Below, in pieces: positions 10,375-23,462 of a stretch of DNA of 64,000 bases. The DNA is taken from assembly GCA_024679065.1 (NCBI GenBank), contig JAGIQG010000040.1, forward strand, positions 11,904,001 to 11,968,000, written 5' to 3'. The notes beneath the pieces were generated by a model. The model searched no databases. It was given only the letters and a program-made list of their open reading frames with translations, and had not been told where the DNA came from. The position numbers and the translations under genes are program-made. The stretch comes from Sphyrna mokarran. Lineage: Eukaryota. Positions within the stretch are counted from its first letter, which is position 1, and the number at the start of each line of letters is the position of its first letter.

Positions 10375-11758
10375 ATGATTGTGATCAGCAAGTTTGCAGA
10401 CGATACAAAGATGGCTGGACTTGCAGATAGTGAGGAGCATTGTCAGGCGATGCAGCAGGACATAGTTAGGCTGGTAGCTTGGGCAGACAGATGGCAGATG
10501 GAATTCAATCCTGATAAATGCAAGGTGATGCATTTCGGGAGAAAGAATGTAAGGAGGGGAGGTATATGATAAAGGGTAGACCTATTAAGAGCATAGAAAC
10601 GCAGAGGGACCTGGGGGTGCAGGTGAACAAGTCTCTGAAGGTGGCAGAGTAAGTGGAGAAGGTTGTGAAGAAAGCATATGGTATGCTAGCCTTTATAGGA
10701 AGGGGTGTAGAGTACAAGAGCTGGCCTTTAATATTGCAGTTGTATAAAACGTTGGTTAGACCTCATTTGGAATACTGCGTCCAGTTCTGGTCGCCTTACT
10801 ACCGGAAGGACGTGGAGACTCTGCAGAGAGTGCAGAGGAGGTTTACCAGGATGCTGCCTGGTATGGAAGGTCTGAGTTACGAGGAGAGGTTAGGCAAATT
10901 GGGACTGTTTTCCTTAGAAAATCGTAGACTTAGAGGACATCTAATAGAGGTGTACAAGATTATGAGGGGTATAGGTAGAGTAGACAGGGTTAAGCTTTTT
11001 CCTAGGAAGGACTCGAATAGCACGAGGGGTCACGGGCTTAGGGTGAGAGGGGTAAGGAATAATTTGGATACTGGAGGGAGTTTTTTCACACAGAGGGTGA
11101 TGGGGGTATGGAATGCGCTGCCAAGTAAAGTGGTGGAGGCAGGCACTCTGGAGTTATTTAAGAAATACTTAGATGGGCACATGAACAGAATGGGAATGGA
11201 GGGGTATAGAAAACTGATTTAAAATAGGGATCATGAGTCTTGGGAGTCCCTGGGAAGTGTGTAAATAGATGATGATATTGATGTACTTGTTTTTATCCTA
11301 CAGGTGCTTTGGTCCACCTTGTTGTCTAACGAGGGGCATACACGCAATGGGTCGTGAGAGAGCTGCTCTTGGATTTTTTTCGAGAGTACCCTAGTGCTTC
11401 ACGTCGTTAGTGTACGTTTGACCTGGACCATTTGATGGGCAACACGACAGCTCAGTGACTATTGCTGTGTTGTGCAGATACATGGATTTGGGCCTGTGTC
11501 TGTGGGAGTTTGCGCATTCTCCCCGTGCTTGCGTGGGTTTTCTCCGGGTGCTCCGGTTTCCTCCCACATCCCAAAGATGTGCTTTTAGGCTAATTGGCGA
11601 AACAAATTCTCCCTAAATTGTCTCAAATTTGTTTTTTAATCCATAGATCTATAAACATAGACAGGGATCACGGGTAGAGGTGGGAACATCGGGGTGACGG
11701 CACGGGCTCGTTGGGCCGAAGGGCCTGTTTCCCGTGCTGTTTTGTTCTTTGTTCTTTG
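10375..11758 (+). mobile_element. CR1 LINE, 5'-truncated ORF2 plus long 3' UTR
   Basis: ISKFADDTK, WQMEFNPDKC, LYKTLVRPHLEYCVQFWSP, FFTQRVMGVWNALP; frameshift/stop present; tail TTGTTCTTTGTTCTTTGT. Confidence 0.93.
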
Positions 11759-12063
11759 TAAGATACTATATTCAGGTAATATTCAGTAGTGGATTCACTG
11801 GCGGGAGGGTACAGTTTCGAGTCATGTTGTTGACGCTGGATTGATAACGCAGAGAAGCAGGCTGAAGCTTTGAGAACCAGGGTTCGAATTCCAACACAGC
11901 AAGTTAACTGAATTCAAGGCAAAGTAGAATGACTGTGAGTGAGAATAGAAAATTTCAATTATGCAACATTTCCTCATTAGATCGAATATATTTTGGCCAT
12001 GTTTCTGCCAATTTTGAAGCGTCCGACCGATATGTAAATATTGCTGCAGTGCTTTTTGACTGT

Positions 12064-12136
12064 GGGCCAGTGGCGCAATGGGTAACGCGTCTGACTACGG
12101 ATCAGAAGATTCCAGGTTCGACTCCTGGTTGGCTCG
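12064..12136 (+). tRNA. trnaR-ACG: tRNA-Arg(ACG)
   Basis: GGGCCAGTGGCGCAATGGGTAACGCGTCTGACTACGGATCAGAAGATTCCAGGTTCGACTCCTGGTTGGCTCG; TTTT downstream. Confidence 0.95.
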
Positions 12137-12807
12137 TTGTGTAATTTTCACATTAGTTCATAAACTCCATATTATTGCTGATGAAAAGTATATTTCCACT
12201 AATTTTCAACCAATTCAAAGAAATGTTGACCTAATGCAGTCAGCTTCTATGAAGATATTTATCTTAGCTACTTATTTTTCAAAAACAATGTTGACTAAAA
12301 AGACTGCAATACTTTAAGTCCTTTTGAAAAAAAAAGATTTTTTAAAATGACAAATTCTCGTTAAAGTATTTGGGAAAAATACTTCAGCAAGTTTAAGTTA
12401 CCTTCTAAAAAGTTGGAAATTTCTCGAAAAGAAATGGAAACTACATTTTTTTCAGAATGGTGAAAACTGTTCCTAAAAAAAAGTTGACGAAATCTGTTGA
12501 AGAATTTCTTTTAAACATGTTTAATTTTAAGAAGCAAAATACACAGAATTGTTTTTTTAAAAGTTTCAGTTAAAACAAATGGAAGAATTTTTTGGAGTAA
12601 ATTTTATTTAAAAAAGTTCAAATTAGCCAGAAGTTTCTGGTCTGCGATGCTGGGATTCTTGTCCATTGGAGCGAAGGAAATTGAAGAGTGATTTAATCGA
12701 GGTGGACGAGATTAGGGCAAGTTTAGAAGAGCGGCGGCAATTTATAAGATTTGGGGCAAGGCGGGGGCATCACACATGCACACACGCTTACTCTCTCTCT
12801 CTCCCTG

Positions 12808-12845
<38 letters not shown>

Positions 12846-13115
12846 GCACACACACACTTTCTCGATAATTGCCAGGCTCGAGTCGAATTGTTATTGTGTG
12901 ACACCAACCGCTTCTTTTCTTTTGCAACAGAGAAGTTCAAGAGCAGCGAATGCACGAAAAACACTGACGTTGCACGCATCAGGCACCAGAGGATTATCAT
13001 ACCGTGCATTTTCATTCCAATTGAACTGGCTGACAAATTATGCTCTCCTTTGGTGCATTGTAATAAATTTAAACGAAACGCTCTTCAGCAAATCAACCAT
13101 CTGCATATGAAAACG

Positions 13116-13187
13116 AGGTCCCGCCGAGATTTGAACTCGGATCACTGGATTCAAAGTCCAGAATGCTCACCATTACACCACAGAACC
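13116..13187 (-). tRNA. trnaQ-UUG: tRNA-Gln(TTG)
   Basis: Reverse complement GGTTCTGTGGTGTAATGGTGAGCATTCTGGACTTTGAATCCAGTGATCCGAGTTCAAATCTCGGCGGGACCT followed by CGTTTT. Confidence 0.92.
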
Positions 13188-13629
13188 CAGTACGCAGTAA
13201 TACCCTGAAAATCGTGATTCAATATTTCTGCCACCATAAATAAGAAGAGAGAAATGTGAGTCCCGTTAAACAATCCCGTCAATGACCAACACCAATTCAT
13301 ACTTACATTGCCCTTGCTGGTTTCTCTTGTAAAAACTGAGTAAGTTGCCTTCAACTGCATTAAATTTCACTGTAGCTGCCCACATTCAAAAAACAATGTT
13401 AGCATCGAACTGATCTGGACCTTACTGTGGTAAATCTACTGAACAACATCAGCTTATCACAGCTCTGCTTTCATCACACTGTCCCCTACATTTATTTTGT
13501 CCTGAATTTGCGTATTTTGATCCCTTAATACGCAGCCAGCAGCTCCCTTCTTAGCCATGATCATCACCATTTATTTTTTATTATTGATGTGACATATTTG
13601 TCGCCACTCCTTTATTCACTGTTCTGACC

Positions 13630-14000
13630 AATGAAACAAGTATACCGAATGTCTTCTTCACCACTGTAGCCACCTGTGACTCCACTTCCAAAGAGCTATG
13701 AACCTGTACTCTCCCAGATTTCTTGGTTCTTTAACTGTCCCCAATACCTCAGCATTAACTAATTGCTGTCCTGGTTCAGTCTATGAAATGCATCACCTCG
13801 CATTTATCCAAATTAAACTCCATCTGCCATTCACTAACCCACTGGCCCAATTGATCAAGATCCCTTTACAATCCGAGATAACTTTTTTTTCCACTATCCA
13901 CTATGCCATCAATCTTGGTGTCATTTGCAAACTTATTAACCATACCTCCTAAATTCTCATCCAAATCATTAATATAAATGACAAATCACAATGGATCCAC
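13630..14000 (-). mobile_element. Old CR1 RT fragment
   Basis: Reverse complement of the KFANDTK / WQMEFNLDKCEVMHF region. Confidence 0.75.
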
Positions 14001-14497
14001 CCATGGTGTTAGAAGTCACAAGGTATTTTCTCCAAGATTTTGGGTTCAGACTTTCCCCACTTTTTTACTGATGCGATGCTGACAGCTCTACATTTCCAGG
14101 TTTAAAATGTTCTTCCAGGTTAGGGGGACTTTTGCATAATGTGTTCCTTTTTTTTGTCACAATCCTATCTCCCAGCAGCATTGAAAGTTACTGGTCAATC
14201 CTTCCGATTTTTTTTTCCAAAATTCCTTCTGTCTGGAACGCTCACACAAACCCTGACTTTTTTTGTGATGCATTTACAAAAATATTTTGGATGGAAAATA
14301 TTAACCTGTTTGTTCAGTGACTGTAATTAATGTCGGAATTAATTCAACAGTAGTAATCGTGTCTCTGGAGCATTCCCATCCATGCTTCATAAAGGAGTTA
14401 TGCACGGTGTCATTGGGAGCGTCACAGTGATAAGCAGCTCCACAGAGAGGGAGTTGGGGTATCAAAATTGGGAGAAAGAAATTGCAAGCTTTCGGCA

Positions 14498-14714
14498 ATG
14501 GATCTGAATCCACGAAAAGTAGATCTGGGTGTTCCCACAATGGTTCAGCATCTGGGGGGCACAGATCTGAGTGTTACAACAATTGAGAGGAGTTTATCCT
14601 CGACACTTCACATTCTTTCTCAAGATTGGCTGTATACAACTGAGCGTGTTGAATATGTACTGAGACTGATTCGATACTTTTACTATCCAATCCTGGCTAT
14701 TGTTGGTGTTCCTG
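14498..14714 (+). CDS. GPR139/142-like GPCR coding exon 1 (orphan; its own exon 2 is not seen)
   Basis: MDLNPRKV...YFYYPILAIVGVP then phase-1 donor G|GTAAGT; paralogue of 34571-34787. Confidence 0.8.
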
Positions 14715-15124
14715 GTAAGTATCTCCACTGATTATTAATGATGTAGACTGTACTTAACTCTGCCACTCTTGCCGTCTGCTCTACCCTGTTTCGACTTGTT
14801 TATGGTCTGCGTCCTTATTGAGTTATCACATGTACAAAGCGCTGATCACTGTGTTAATGATGCCTGGGTTGTGGAGTTGAGTTTGCAAAGATGTAAAAGA
14901 TGTTTAGAAAGATGAAAAACAATTGTGAGAACCGGTAGAGGGCGGGGGGGAAGTATGCGATCTTTTTAAAAAAATTATTTTTGTGTGATGGTGAGATGTT
15001 TAAATTGCAGAGTACACTGAAACTTTAAGTTGCAACATTTATTCCAGGGGCTAAAAACATAGGGGTTCCCTTGGTAACCGGCATGGCAGGTTTTGCATTG
15101 TGGTCATCAAAGTATGAAGTCTCA

Positions 15125-15925
15125 TAACACCAAGAGGTTTATTTGGCACCTTTGGCTTTTGGAATGTTGTTCTTTCTTCAAGCGAGTGAGGAGTTGTGTT
15201 CAAAAATAGAACATATAACGATACAAACTCAATTAACAAAATAATAGTTCGAATGTGAGTCTTTACAGGTAAGCAAGTCTGAAAGATACAGACAATGTGA
15301 GTGGAGAGAGGGTTAAGCACACGTTAAAGAGGTGTGTATTGTCTCCAGCCAGGACAGTGAGTCAAATTTTTGCAAGTCCAGGCAAGTCATGAGAATTACA
15401 GATAATGTAACTTAAACCCAAGATCACGGTTGAGGCTGTCTTCATGTGTGCGGAACTTGGCCATCAGTCTCTGTTCAATGATTCTGCACTGCTGTGTGTC
15501 ATGAAGGCCTCCTTAGAGAATGCTTACCTGCTTATCTGAGGCCGAATGCCGGTGACTGCTGAAGTATTCCCCAACTGGAAGAGAATGCTCCTGGTGATCG
15601 ACAAACCTGGTTTGCAATTTCTCACTAATTGTTCCGACTGGAGACAATACAAAACTCTTTAATCTGCACTTGGTGCTCTCTCCAATCACATTGGCTGTAT
15701 CTTTAAGACTTGATTACCTATAAAGGCTCACATTCCAACTATTATTTTGTAAATTGAGTTTGTGTCTTTATATGTCTTGTTTGTGAAGAGAACTTCCATT
15801 CACCTGATGAAGGGGCAGCGCTCAAAAAGCTTGTGCTGCCAAATAAACCTGTTGGACTTTAACCTGGTGTTGTGAAATTTCTTACTGTGCTTACCCTAGT
15901 CCAATGCCGGCACCTTCACATCATG
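15125..15925. mobile_element. Penelope-like element remnant with inverted terminal (pLTR) repeats
   Basis: Inverted ends ACACCAAGAGGTTTATTTGGCA / TGCCAAATAAACCTGTTGGACTTTAACCTGGTGTTGTG; GIY-YIG C-terminal relic on the minus strand; decayed hammerhead at 15801-15835. Confidence 0.75.
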
Positions 15926-16989
15926 GTTTTGCATTGTACCAGTCCATGTATTTAAATAAAACACACAGCTAAAAGCGACCTATTTGAAGTTATTGTTGAC
16001 AACCTCAAGCCAAACTGAGTCCAGGATTGTTGATGGGTCGTTAAGATTATATTAAAAAAAACACAACTGCCTTCAGGGCAGATCCGCCAGTGCTTGAGCC
16101 AAGAGTACGACCAGAAGCAGAGGCCGATCACCAAAAGCAGTTAGATTTAAGATAGACATGGGGAGAAATTACTTCTGTCAATGAGTGATGAATTTGCTCA
16201 ATTCATTACCTGAGAGTGTGGTGGATGTTAGGACTTGAACTCGAAGAGACAGAGTTTTGAATAGTAAGAGGTTAGAGTATGGGCTGGGGGTGTGGCTTGT
16301 GGGGAGGGGGTGCTTGGTAATGGAAAGGGGGAAGAGTGGATTGGGTAGTATTGTACTTGTTGTGCCTCTGATAGTTAAGGGTTCACTTGGCAATTGTCCA
16401 GAAGTCCTATTCCACTGGAGAATTCTGCTGTGCCTGCTACCATCTGGCCAACTTACATCAGATCATAGATTCACTGAAAACAAAATAGTGGGGAAAACTC
16501 TAGTGATTTTGGATTTTATTTTAAAGGTGCAGACAGTGCCCCTATGGGACAGCGCCACACGCCCTAACCTCCCCCCACCCCCACACTACTCCCCACCCCC
16601 ACCCTCGGTATTCCATGCACATTCAGCAGAAGGGATTCTTTAGTTCTTGGCAATGAAATGGAACAGAACTTTCTCCAACTTGTAAAACAAATAAGAAGCT
16701 TTAATAAAGAAACTTCATAACTTTTAAAACTCCAGGCCTCATCCTGGGTCAGTCCAAACTCCCACAAGCACCAGCAGCTTCCGACTGAAATTGAGTCAAC
16801 TGACCACCACATCACTTTCTCATTGATCAGATAGCTTACAGCTTGTTCCCATTGGCCACTATAACATATCTAATGTGATTCCTTTGGTTGTTACATTGGT
16901 TCCATTCTAACATTCCACTCAAACCCGCCTCTTCCACAATCTGATCCCTGACAACACAACCACCCCAAACCCATCACTTTCCAGTCACT

Positions 16990-17480
16990 TTCCAGTTACT
17001 GTGTTCCCACCAGTTCACCAGATTCTCTGTCTCTTCCCTGTTCTTGTTGTCGACATTGTTTGAGATCTGACCCACTGCAGTGGTCTCATCAGCAAACTTG
17101 GATATCACGTTGGAGGGGAATTTGGCCATACAGTCATCGGTCTATAAGGAGTATAGTAAGGGGCTGAGGACACCGTGTTGTGGGACACCGCTTATGAAAA
17201 TGATTGTGGAGGAGGTGTTTTGACTGTCCTTATTTATTGCTATCTGTCAGGATCAAATTGCAGTGGGATGAGCATAGCCCCAGGGCACTGATTTTGTACA
17301 TGAGTTTTATTGGATTAATGTTGTTAAAGGCTGAGCTGTGCTCGATAAATAAGAGTCGATGTCACAATGTTGACTGTAGGTCCAGGGTGATAGCATCGGT
17401 GGACTGTTGCGGAGATAGGCGAACTGTAGTGGATCTTGGCAATCTGGGAGGTTGGAACTGATTCATGTCATAACTAATCA
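16990..17480 (-). mobile_element. Rex1/Babar-type RT fragment
   Basis: Reverse complement encodes PQHGVLSPLLYSL...KFADETTAVG; copies at ~30790-31290 and ~37060-37560. Confidence 0.7.
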
Positions 17481-17498
17481 TTTACTGCATCACATAAT

Positions 17499-18336
17499 GT
17501 GGATGTGGAGGCCCTGGAGAGAGTGCAGAGGAGATTTACCAGGATGCTACCTGGTATGGAAAGGCTGTCTTACGAGGAAAGATTGAACGCACTGGGGTTG
17601 TTTTCCCTTGAAAGACGTCGGCTGAGAGGGGATCTATTAGAGGTATATAAGATTATGAGGGGTATAGATAGAGTAAATGGTGGTAAGCTTTTTCCACCAT
17701 TAGAAAAGGATAGAACGAGGGGTCACGGCCTTAGGGTGAGGGGGGCTATGTATAAGACGAATATTAGAGGGCAGTTTTTCACACAAAGGGTAGTGGGGGT
17801 GTGGAATGCACTACCGAGTAAGGTGGTGGGAGCAGGCACGCTAGGGTTGTTTAAGGGTCTCTTGGACAGCCACATGAGCGGTCTGCAGATAGAGGGATAT
17901 AGTAGGACTGTTTAAATATCCTATTTGTTTCCACAGGATGTTCGGTCCACCTTGTTGACCAACAAGGGCATGCATGCGGCAGGTCGTGCGAGAGCTGCTC
18001 TTGGATGTTGCTTCAGGAGTGGCCTAGTGCTTCACGTCGTTAGTGTATGCTTAAACTGGACCATCTGATGGGCAACATGACAGCTCAGAGACTATCGCTG
18101 TTGCTGTGCAGACACATGGATTTGGGCCTGTGTCTGCGGGAGTTTGCGCGTTCTCCCCGTGGTTGCGTGGGTTTTCTCCGGGTGCTCCGGTTTCCTCCCA
18201 CATCCCAAAAATGTGCTCTTAGGCTGATTGGGTAACAAATTGGTCCCTATATGTCATTAAGACGTTAGGACGGCGGCGCGGGCTCGTTGGGCCGAAGGGC
18301 CTGTTTCCGGTGCTGTGTTGTTCTTTGTTCTTTGTA
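17499..18336 (+). mobile_element. Young CR1 3' end (absent from duplication copy 2)
   Basis: Open frame [13 protein letters not shown]...FFTQRVVGVWNALP, then 3' UTR and tail; runs into the gap. Confidence 0.93.
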
Positions 18337-18436
18337 NNNNNNNNNNNNNNNNNNNNNNNNNNNNNNNNNNNNNNNNNNNNNNNNNNNNNNNNNNNNNNNN
18401 NNNNNNNNNNNNNNNNNNNNNNNNNNNNNNNNNNNN
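18337..18436. other. Assembly gap (100 N, probably unsized)
   Basis: N run. Confidence 1.
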
Positions 18437-18769
18437 CATGTTACATTTCCCCATCCATCTAAACTTCTCTGCCCACTCAAATGTAATATTGTTCACTGAG
18501 CCCCATTTCCAGCTCTGACAGTGCAGAAAACTTCTCTCAAACCTTCACATTCCCGATCTTCCTTTCGTTCCTGGAACATGCACACCGCTGATTAAAATTT
18601 ATTGCCCATCCCCAGTTGAGGGACAACACAACCCCTTCTTGCTGTTTGGACCCCCCCCCCTACCTGGAGTCATGTGTAGGCCAGACAATCTCAAAGCAGC
18701 AGATTTCCTTCTCTCGAAGCGAACTAAAGGGCAGAAGCTGATTTAAGGACACGAGTTTTGAATTCATGT

Positions 18770-18800
18770 TCCCCCCCCCCCCCGGACTCCCCCCCACCCC

Positions 18801-18839
<39 letters not shown>

Positions 18840-18985
18840 CCCCCCCCCCCCCCCCCCCCCCTCCCATCCCCCCCCCCTCCCTTTCTTTCTTTCTATTCTT
18901 TCTATCCCTCCTCTATCTTCTCCTCCCCCTCCCCTCCCCTCCCCCCCCCCCTCCCTTTCCCCTCTCCCCCCCCATCCCCTCCTCC

Positions 18986-19017
<32 letters not shown>
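18770..19017. repeat. Poly-C/pyrimidine low-complexity tract, probably low-quality sequence
   Basis: Long C homopolymers near the gap; adjacent CR1 sequence shows many indels. Confidence 0.8.
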
Positions 19018-19089
19018 ACGTCTTTCAGGGGGACAAGAAAACAATCCCAGTGGTTTCAATCTTTACCTCGTAAGACCGCCCCCATTCCA

Positions 19090-20140
19090 TAACAGGCAGC
19101 ATCCTGTTTAAATTCCTCTGCACCTCTCTCCAGAGACTCCACATCCTTCCAGTATAAGACGGCAACCAGAACTTGGACCCGCAGTACTCCAAGTGACGGC
19201 CCTCTAAACCAACGTTCTATACAACCTTGCAACAATAAGACTCTACGCTTGTATCTAATATCACCCCCTTCCTATGAAGGCTAACATACCATACGCTTTC
19301 TTTATCACATTCTCCACCTGTACTGACACCTTCAGAGACTTGTGAACCTGCACCCCCAGGTCTCTCTGCGTCTCTATACTCCAGATAGTTTTACCTTTTA
19401 TCCTATAACTCCCCTCTACATTATTCTGGCCAAAATGCATCACCTCACATTTATTCGGATTAAATTCCATTTGCCATCTATCTGCCCAATCTACCAGCCT
19501 ATCTATGTCCTGTTGTATTGCCTGGCACTGCTCCTCAGTACCCGCCAATCCAAGCACCTTAGTGTCATCAGCAAATTTGCTGATCACACCACGTACCCCC
19601 TCTTCCAAGTCATTTATATACACCACAAATAGGGGAGGTCCTAGTACTGAGCCCTGTGGCACACCACTAGTGACAGACCTCCAGTTGGAAAAAGAGCCTT
19701 CCACTACTACCCGCTGTCTCCTCCTCCCAAGCCGGTTCTCAACCCATCTACATACCCGACCCTGTATCCCATGCGCCTTCACCTTTTCTATCAGCCTACC
19801 ATGAGGAACCTTGTCAAACGCCTTACTGAAATCCATGTAGACGAGATCAACGGCTTGTCCTTCATCAACCGTTTTTGTCACCTCTTCAAAAAATTCCTCT
19901 CTATATTTTATAAACCTCTATCAGGTCGCCTCTCAACCTACGTCTCTCCAGTGAAAAGAGTCCCAGCTCCCTCAACCTATCTTCATAAGGCCTGCCTCCC
20001 AATCCAGGCAGCATCCTTGTAAATCTCCTCTGCACTCTCTCAATAGCCTCTACATCCTTCCTATAATGAGGCAACCAGAACTGCGCAGAATACTCCAACT
20101 GGGGTCTGACAAGGGTCTGCTAGAGCTGCACCATTACCTA
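19090..20140 (-). mobile_element. CR1 ORF2 RT fragments (two pieces)
   Basis: YMDFSKAFDKVPH, GVPQGSVLGP, ISKFADDTK (19261-19881) and EYSAQFWLP...[12 protein letters not shown] (19901-20098). Confidence 0.92.
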
Positions 20141-20968
20141 TTAGACCCTTGAACTACTCGTTGCTGCACTTGCATTAAAAAGCACAACTCTGCACTATTT
20201 CCATCTTAATTAATGTCATCAATTCCCAGAAATCAATCGATTTATATGCTCAACTGTTAAGTTTCCACAACTCTGTAGAGGAGAAATCTAGAATAGTAGA
20301 GTATATACTGCGACAGGGCCTGTGTGGAATCCTTATTGGTGGAGATTGATAGGCTGAATGGCCTCCTTCTGCTTTGTACAAATTGTAGTCAAATATTCTA
20401 TAATCCACCCTCTGAGTGAAGCATCTTCCCATAATCTCAATGTCAAATTCTTTACCCCCTTATCCTGAGATTAAGTCTCCTGGTTTTAGATTGCAAGTTT
20501 CCATTGCATTAATTGTTGAATAAGTCACTGTATCTCGAGTGTAACATTACTTAACTGTAGCTGACCACAGCGAATGCAAAGGGTGCAAATTCTTGGAGAG
20601 ATTCACAACGTGCGGACATGTGATCAGTGATCGCTGGGAGAGGATAATTAACAAAGCATGAATTTGCCATCATTTTGTTAAAACCATTTCTAGTTCTGTT
20701 GGCCTGACTCCAATATTCAGATGCTAGTGGTTAGACAAACAAGTGTAAATGAGGTCCTTCTTACTTTCTTGTCAATTCTCATTACAACTCTGTTAAGTCT
20801 CAATTCAACTCCATAAAACAAAAGCACCAGCTGGATCCATCTGTTTGTTGCAATAACTTCAATTTAGTCAAACGTTAAGACAACTAATTAAATCTCTAGA
20901 GCCTGTAATGGAGTATAATAGCAACTATTTTCAGAGAACTGCAGAAAACGCTCAGAGATTTGACAGAA

Positions 20969-23462
20969 ATGCACGCAATACCGAAAGGTCTGGTGTTTGC
21001 CATATACTATCCTGTCCTTGGAGCTATAGGGGTTCCAGGTATGATATTGTAATTTTGCAGTTAGTTAATTGCTACATTAATCATCGTTCAGTTCCATCAG
21101 TGCTGCCTCTGTATTCACAGCACTTCTTCAAGTTACATAAGTGTTTACTTGTATTTAATTGCTATAGCGATACAAATTATTATCTTTGAAGGATATACAT
21201 TATTTTTAATTACAATTCTTTACGTATAACTGCATTACATTAATTCGTCTTTTTAAAGTACATTATTGGGCTTTATATAATATAATTTAGCGTACTTCAT
21301 GTTAAAGTTGGATATTTTCATTGCACCGATTTACCGCACAGTTTCTTCACTCGAATTCACTTTTCACTGTCACCATCCTTCTCCCACAGTTATTACTTAA
21401 TTGCTGTACTTACACAATTTCACAATTTACTTCGCAGATCTCAATGTGTATTTTTAATTTTAGTGTTCAATAGAACTGCTGCAAAGGATCAATCAGATTA
21501 CAATTCTCAACGTATAAAGACAATTCAATTTTGTTTAATGGTCAGAACTGTAGAACGTTATTATGGTTTAATTTAGATCCCTTGTGATTGTCCTGAAATA
21601 GTCAATCCTGACACGGTTCGCCATGATTCAATAGACTGGCACTGTATTCCAGGCGCAGTTACACAGTGACTTTTAAACTTTCGTATCACGATGCATTTGT
21701 AGATTTATTGTTAACATGTGTATTGAAGGAATAATTCCCTCGAATAATTCAACAATTGAGAAGACTGAACCACTGAATAATCCCAAATTGAATGGCATCA
21801 AACCGTTCATTTAAGTAACGTTAGGAGACATGACAGTTGACAGACATTTAAGCATTATAAATGTTGTTCTCTAATGGATGACTGATTTTTACCCTTCACT
21901 CACGGAGCTCAGTGTTCGTATTCTCAGCCGCTAACACTTACACTGGATTTCTCATGAAGAGAGCTCCAGTTTGCCCCTGCATGGAACCTAAAATATCAAT
22001 TATACAGAAACTTTCATTGTTCATTCTCTTCCCTAGGATGGTATTTTTGTGCAAGTTTATTTCCAATCTTTTGAAAGTAAGTGAATTGTTTTACATGGCT
22101 TACTTGATAGGAACTGCTTTACACCGACAGTGAGATATAATCCGTGACATTGTTACTTTCCTATCTTAATTTTGACTGGTTTGCTATTTATTTTCTGTCA
22201 TCTTTTATTTGTTGTTTATATTTTGGTACACTTCCCTTTTTATTCTTTGCATCCTGTCGGCCACTTTCAATCCTGCTCTGTCAATGGTGATACAAATTTA
22301 ATTTCTTCTAATCGCCCATTTGGGCATCTTGGAATATTTTCCGTGATTATTCTATTGCCCTATCTAATTATCTAATAAAGATAACTATTTCAAAACAAGT
22401 AAGCAATTTTCCCGAACGGAATGACTCATATCTAACCTTATATCAAGTCACAATGTTTTACACTTCACACACAAGACTAAAACACTGTTGATTTTACTGT
22501 CATTCGAAAAACTAATTCTTGTTTTTTTCTCTCTCTCTCCCTTTCTTATAGCCAACTTGGCAGTGATTGTGATCCTGTCTCGAAGAAGATGTGGTCTCTC
22601 TGGATGTATCACTTATTATCTGGTTTCCATGGCAGTAACGGATCTCCTGGTTATGATCACGGCTGTAATATTAAACCGAATTGCTGGTATCTATTTCCCC
22701 TCTAGTTTCCTGTCTATCACACCAGTTTGCGGTATTCGTGCTGTCCTGAATATCGCAGCAATGGACAGTTCTGCCTGGTTAACGGTGGCTTTCACCTTTG
22801 ATCGATTTGTGTCCATTTCCTGCCAGAAGCTGAAATTAAAATATTGCACAGAAAAGACAGCGATTCGCGTAATAGGAATCGTGTCCATTCTGGCCTGTGT
22901 AAAAAATACCTTCCTGTATTTACAATTTGAACCTCGGTACATCATTAATAATGTACCCTGGTTCTGCATGATCAGAGGAATAATTTATACATCACCAGCT
23001 TGGGCAGCATACGACTGGATCCGTTCCACTTTAACCCCTTTTCTTCCATTCATTCTGATTGTATTGCTCAATGCTCTGACTGTCAAACACATTCTAGCGG
23101 CAAATCGAGCCCGGAGGCGACTCCGGACACAAAGCAATGGAGAGAATCAGAGTGACCCAGAGGTGGAGAAGCGGAGAAAGTCCATTGTTTTACTCTTCGC
23201 CATCTCGGGCAGTTTCATACTATCGTATTTGTTATTTTTTATAAATATCCTCTTTGTGCGAATTGCTAAAGTTACTTATTTCTCAGGTTCGAATTTTAGT
23301 AATTCCACATTTATTCTCTCTGAGACTGGATATATGCTCCAGCTCTTGAGTTCTTGTATCAACCCCTTTATTTACGCTGGGACCCAGAAAAAAATCAGAG
23401 ATGAGTTAAAGAATGGGTTGAAATATCCACTGAACCTATTTGTAAAAATATTTATTTATTGA
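20969..23462 (+). CDS. GPR139/142-like class A GPCR; two coding exons (20969-21038, 22552-23462), 326 aa
   Basis: Exon 1 MHAIPKGLVFAIYYPVLGAIGVP with G|GTATGA; acceptor TTCTTATAG|CC; seven hydrophobic segments, FTFDRF, ECL2 PWFC, CINPFIY. Confidence 0.9.

Larger units (their letters stand above)
11404..17498 (+). repeat. Segmental duplication, copy 1 (copy 2 at ~31463-37578)
   Basis: Colinear, high-identity block containing a CR1 tail, tRNA-Arg, (CT)n(CA)n, tRNA-Gln, a CR1 fragment, GPCR exon 1, a Penelope fragment and a Rex fragment. Confidence 0.95.

Noticed and set aside
18758-19111. Polyproline ORFs
   Set aside because: Translation of a poly-C tract near a gap, probably poor-quality sequence
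20908-21189. 93-aa ORF over GPCR exon 1
   Set aside because: Wrong frame; the family-consistent exon starts at ATG 20969. At most an upstream ORF
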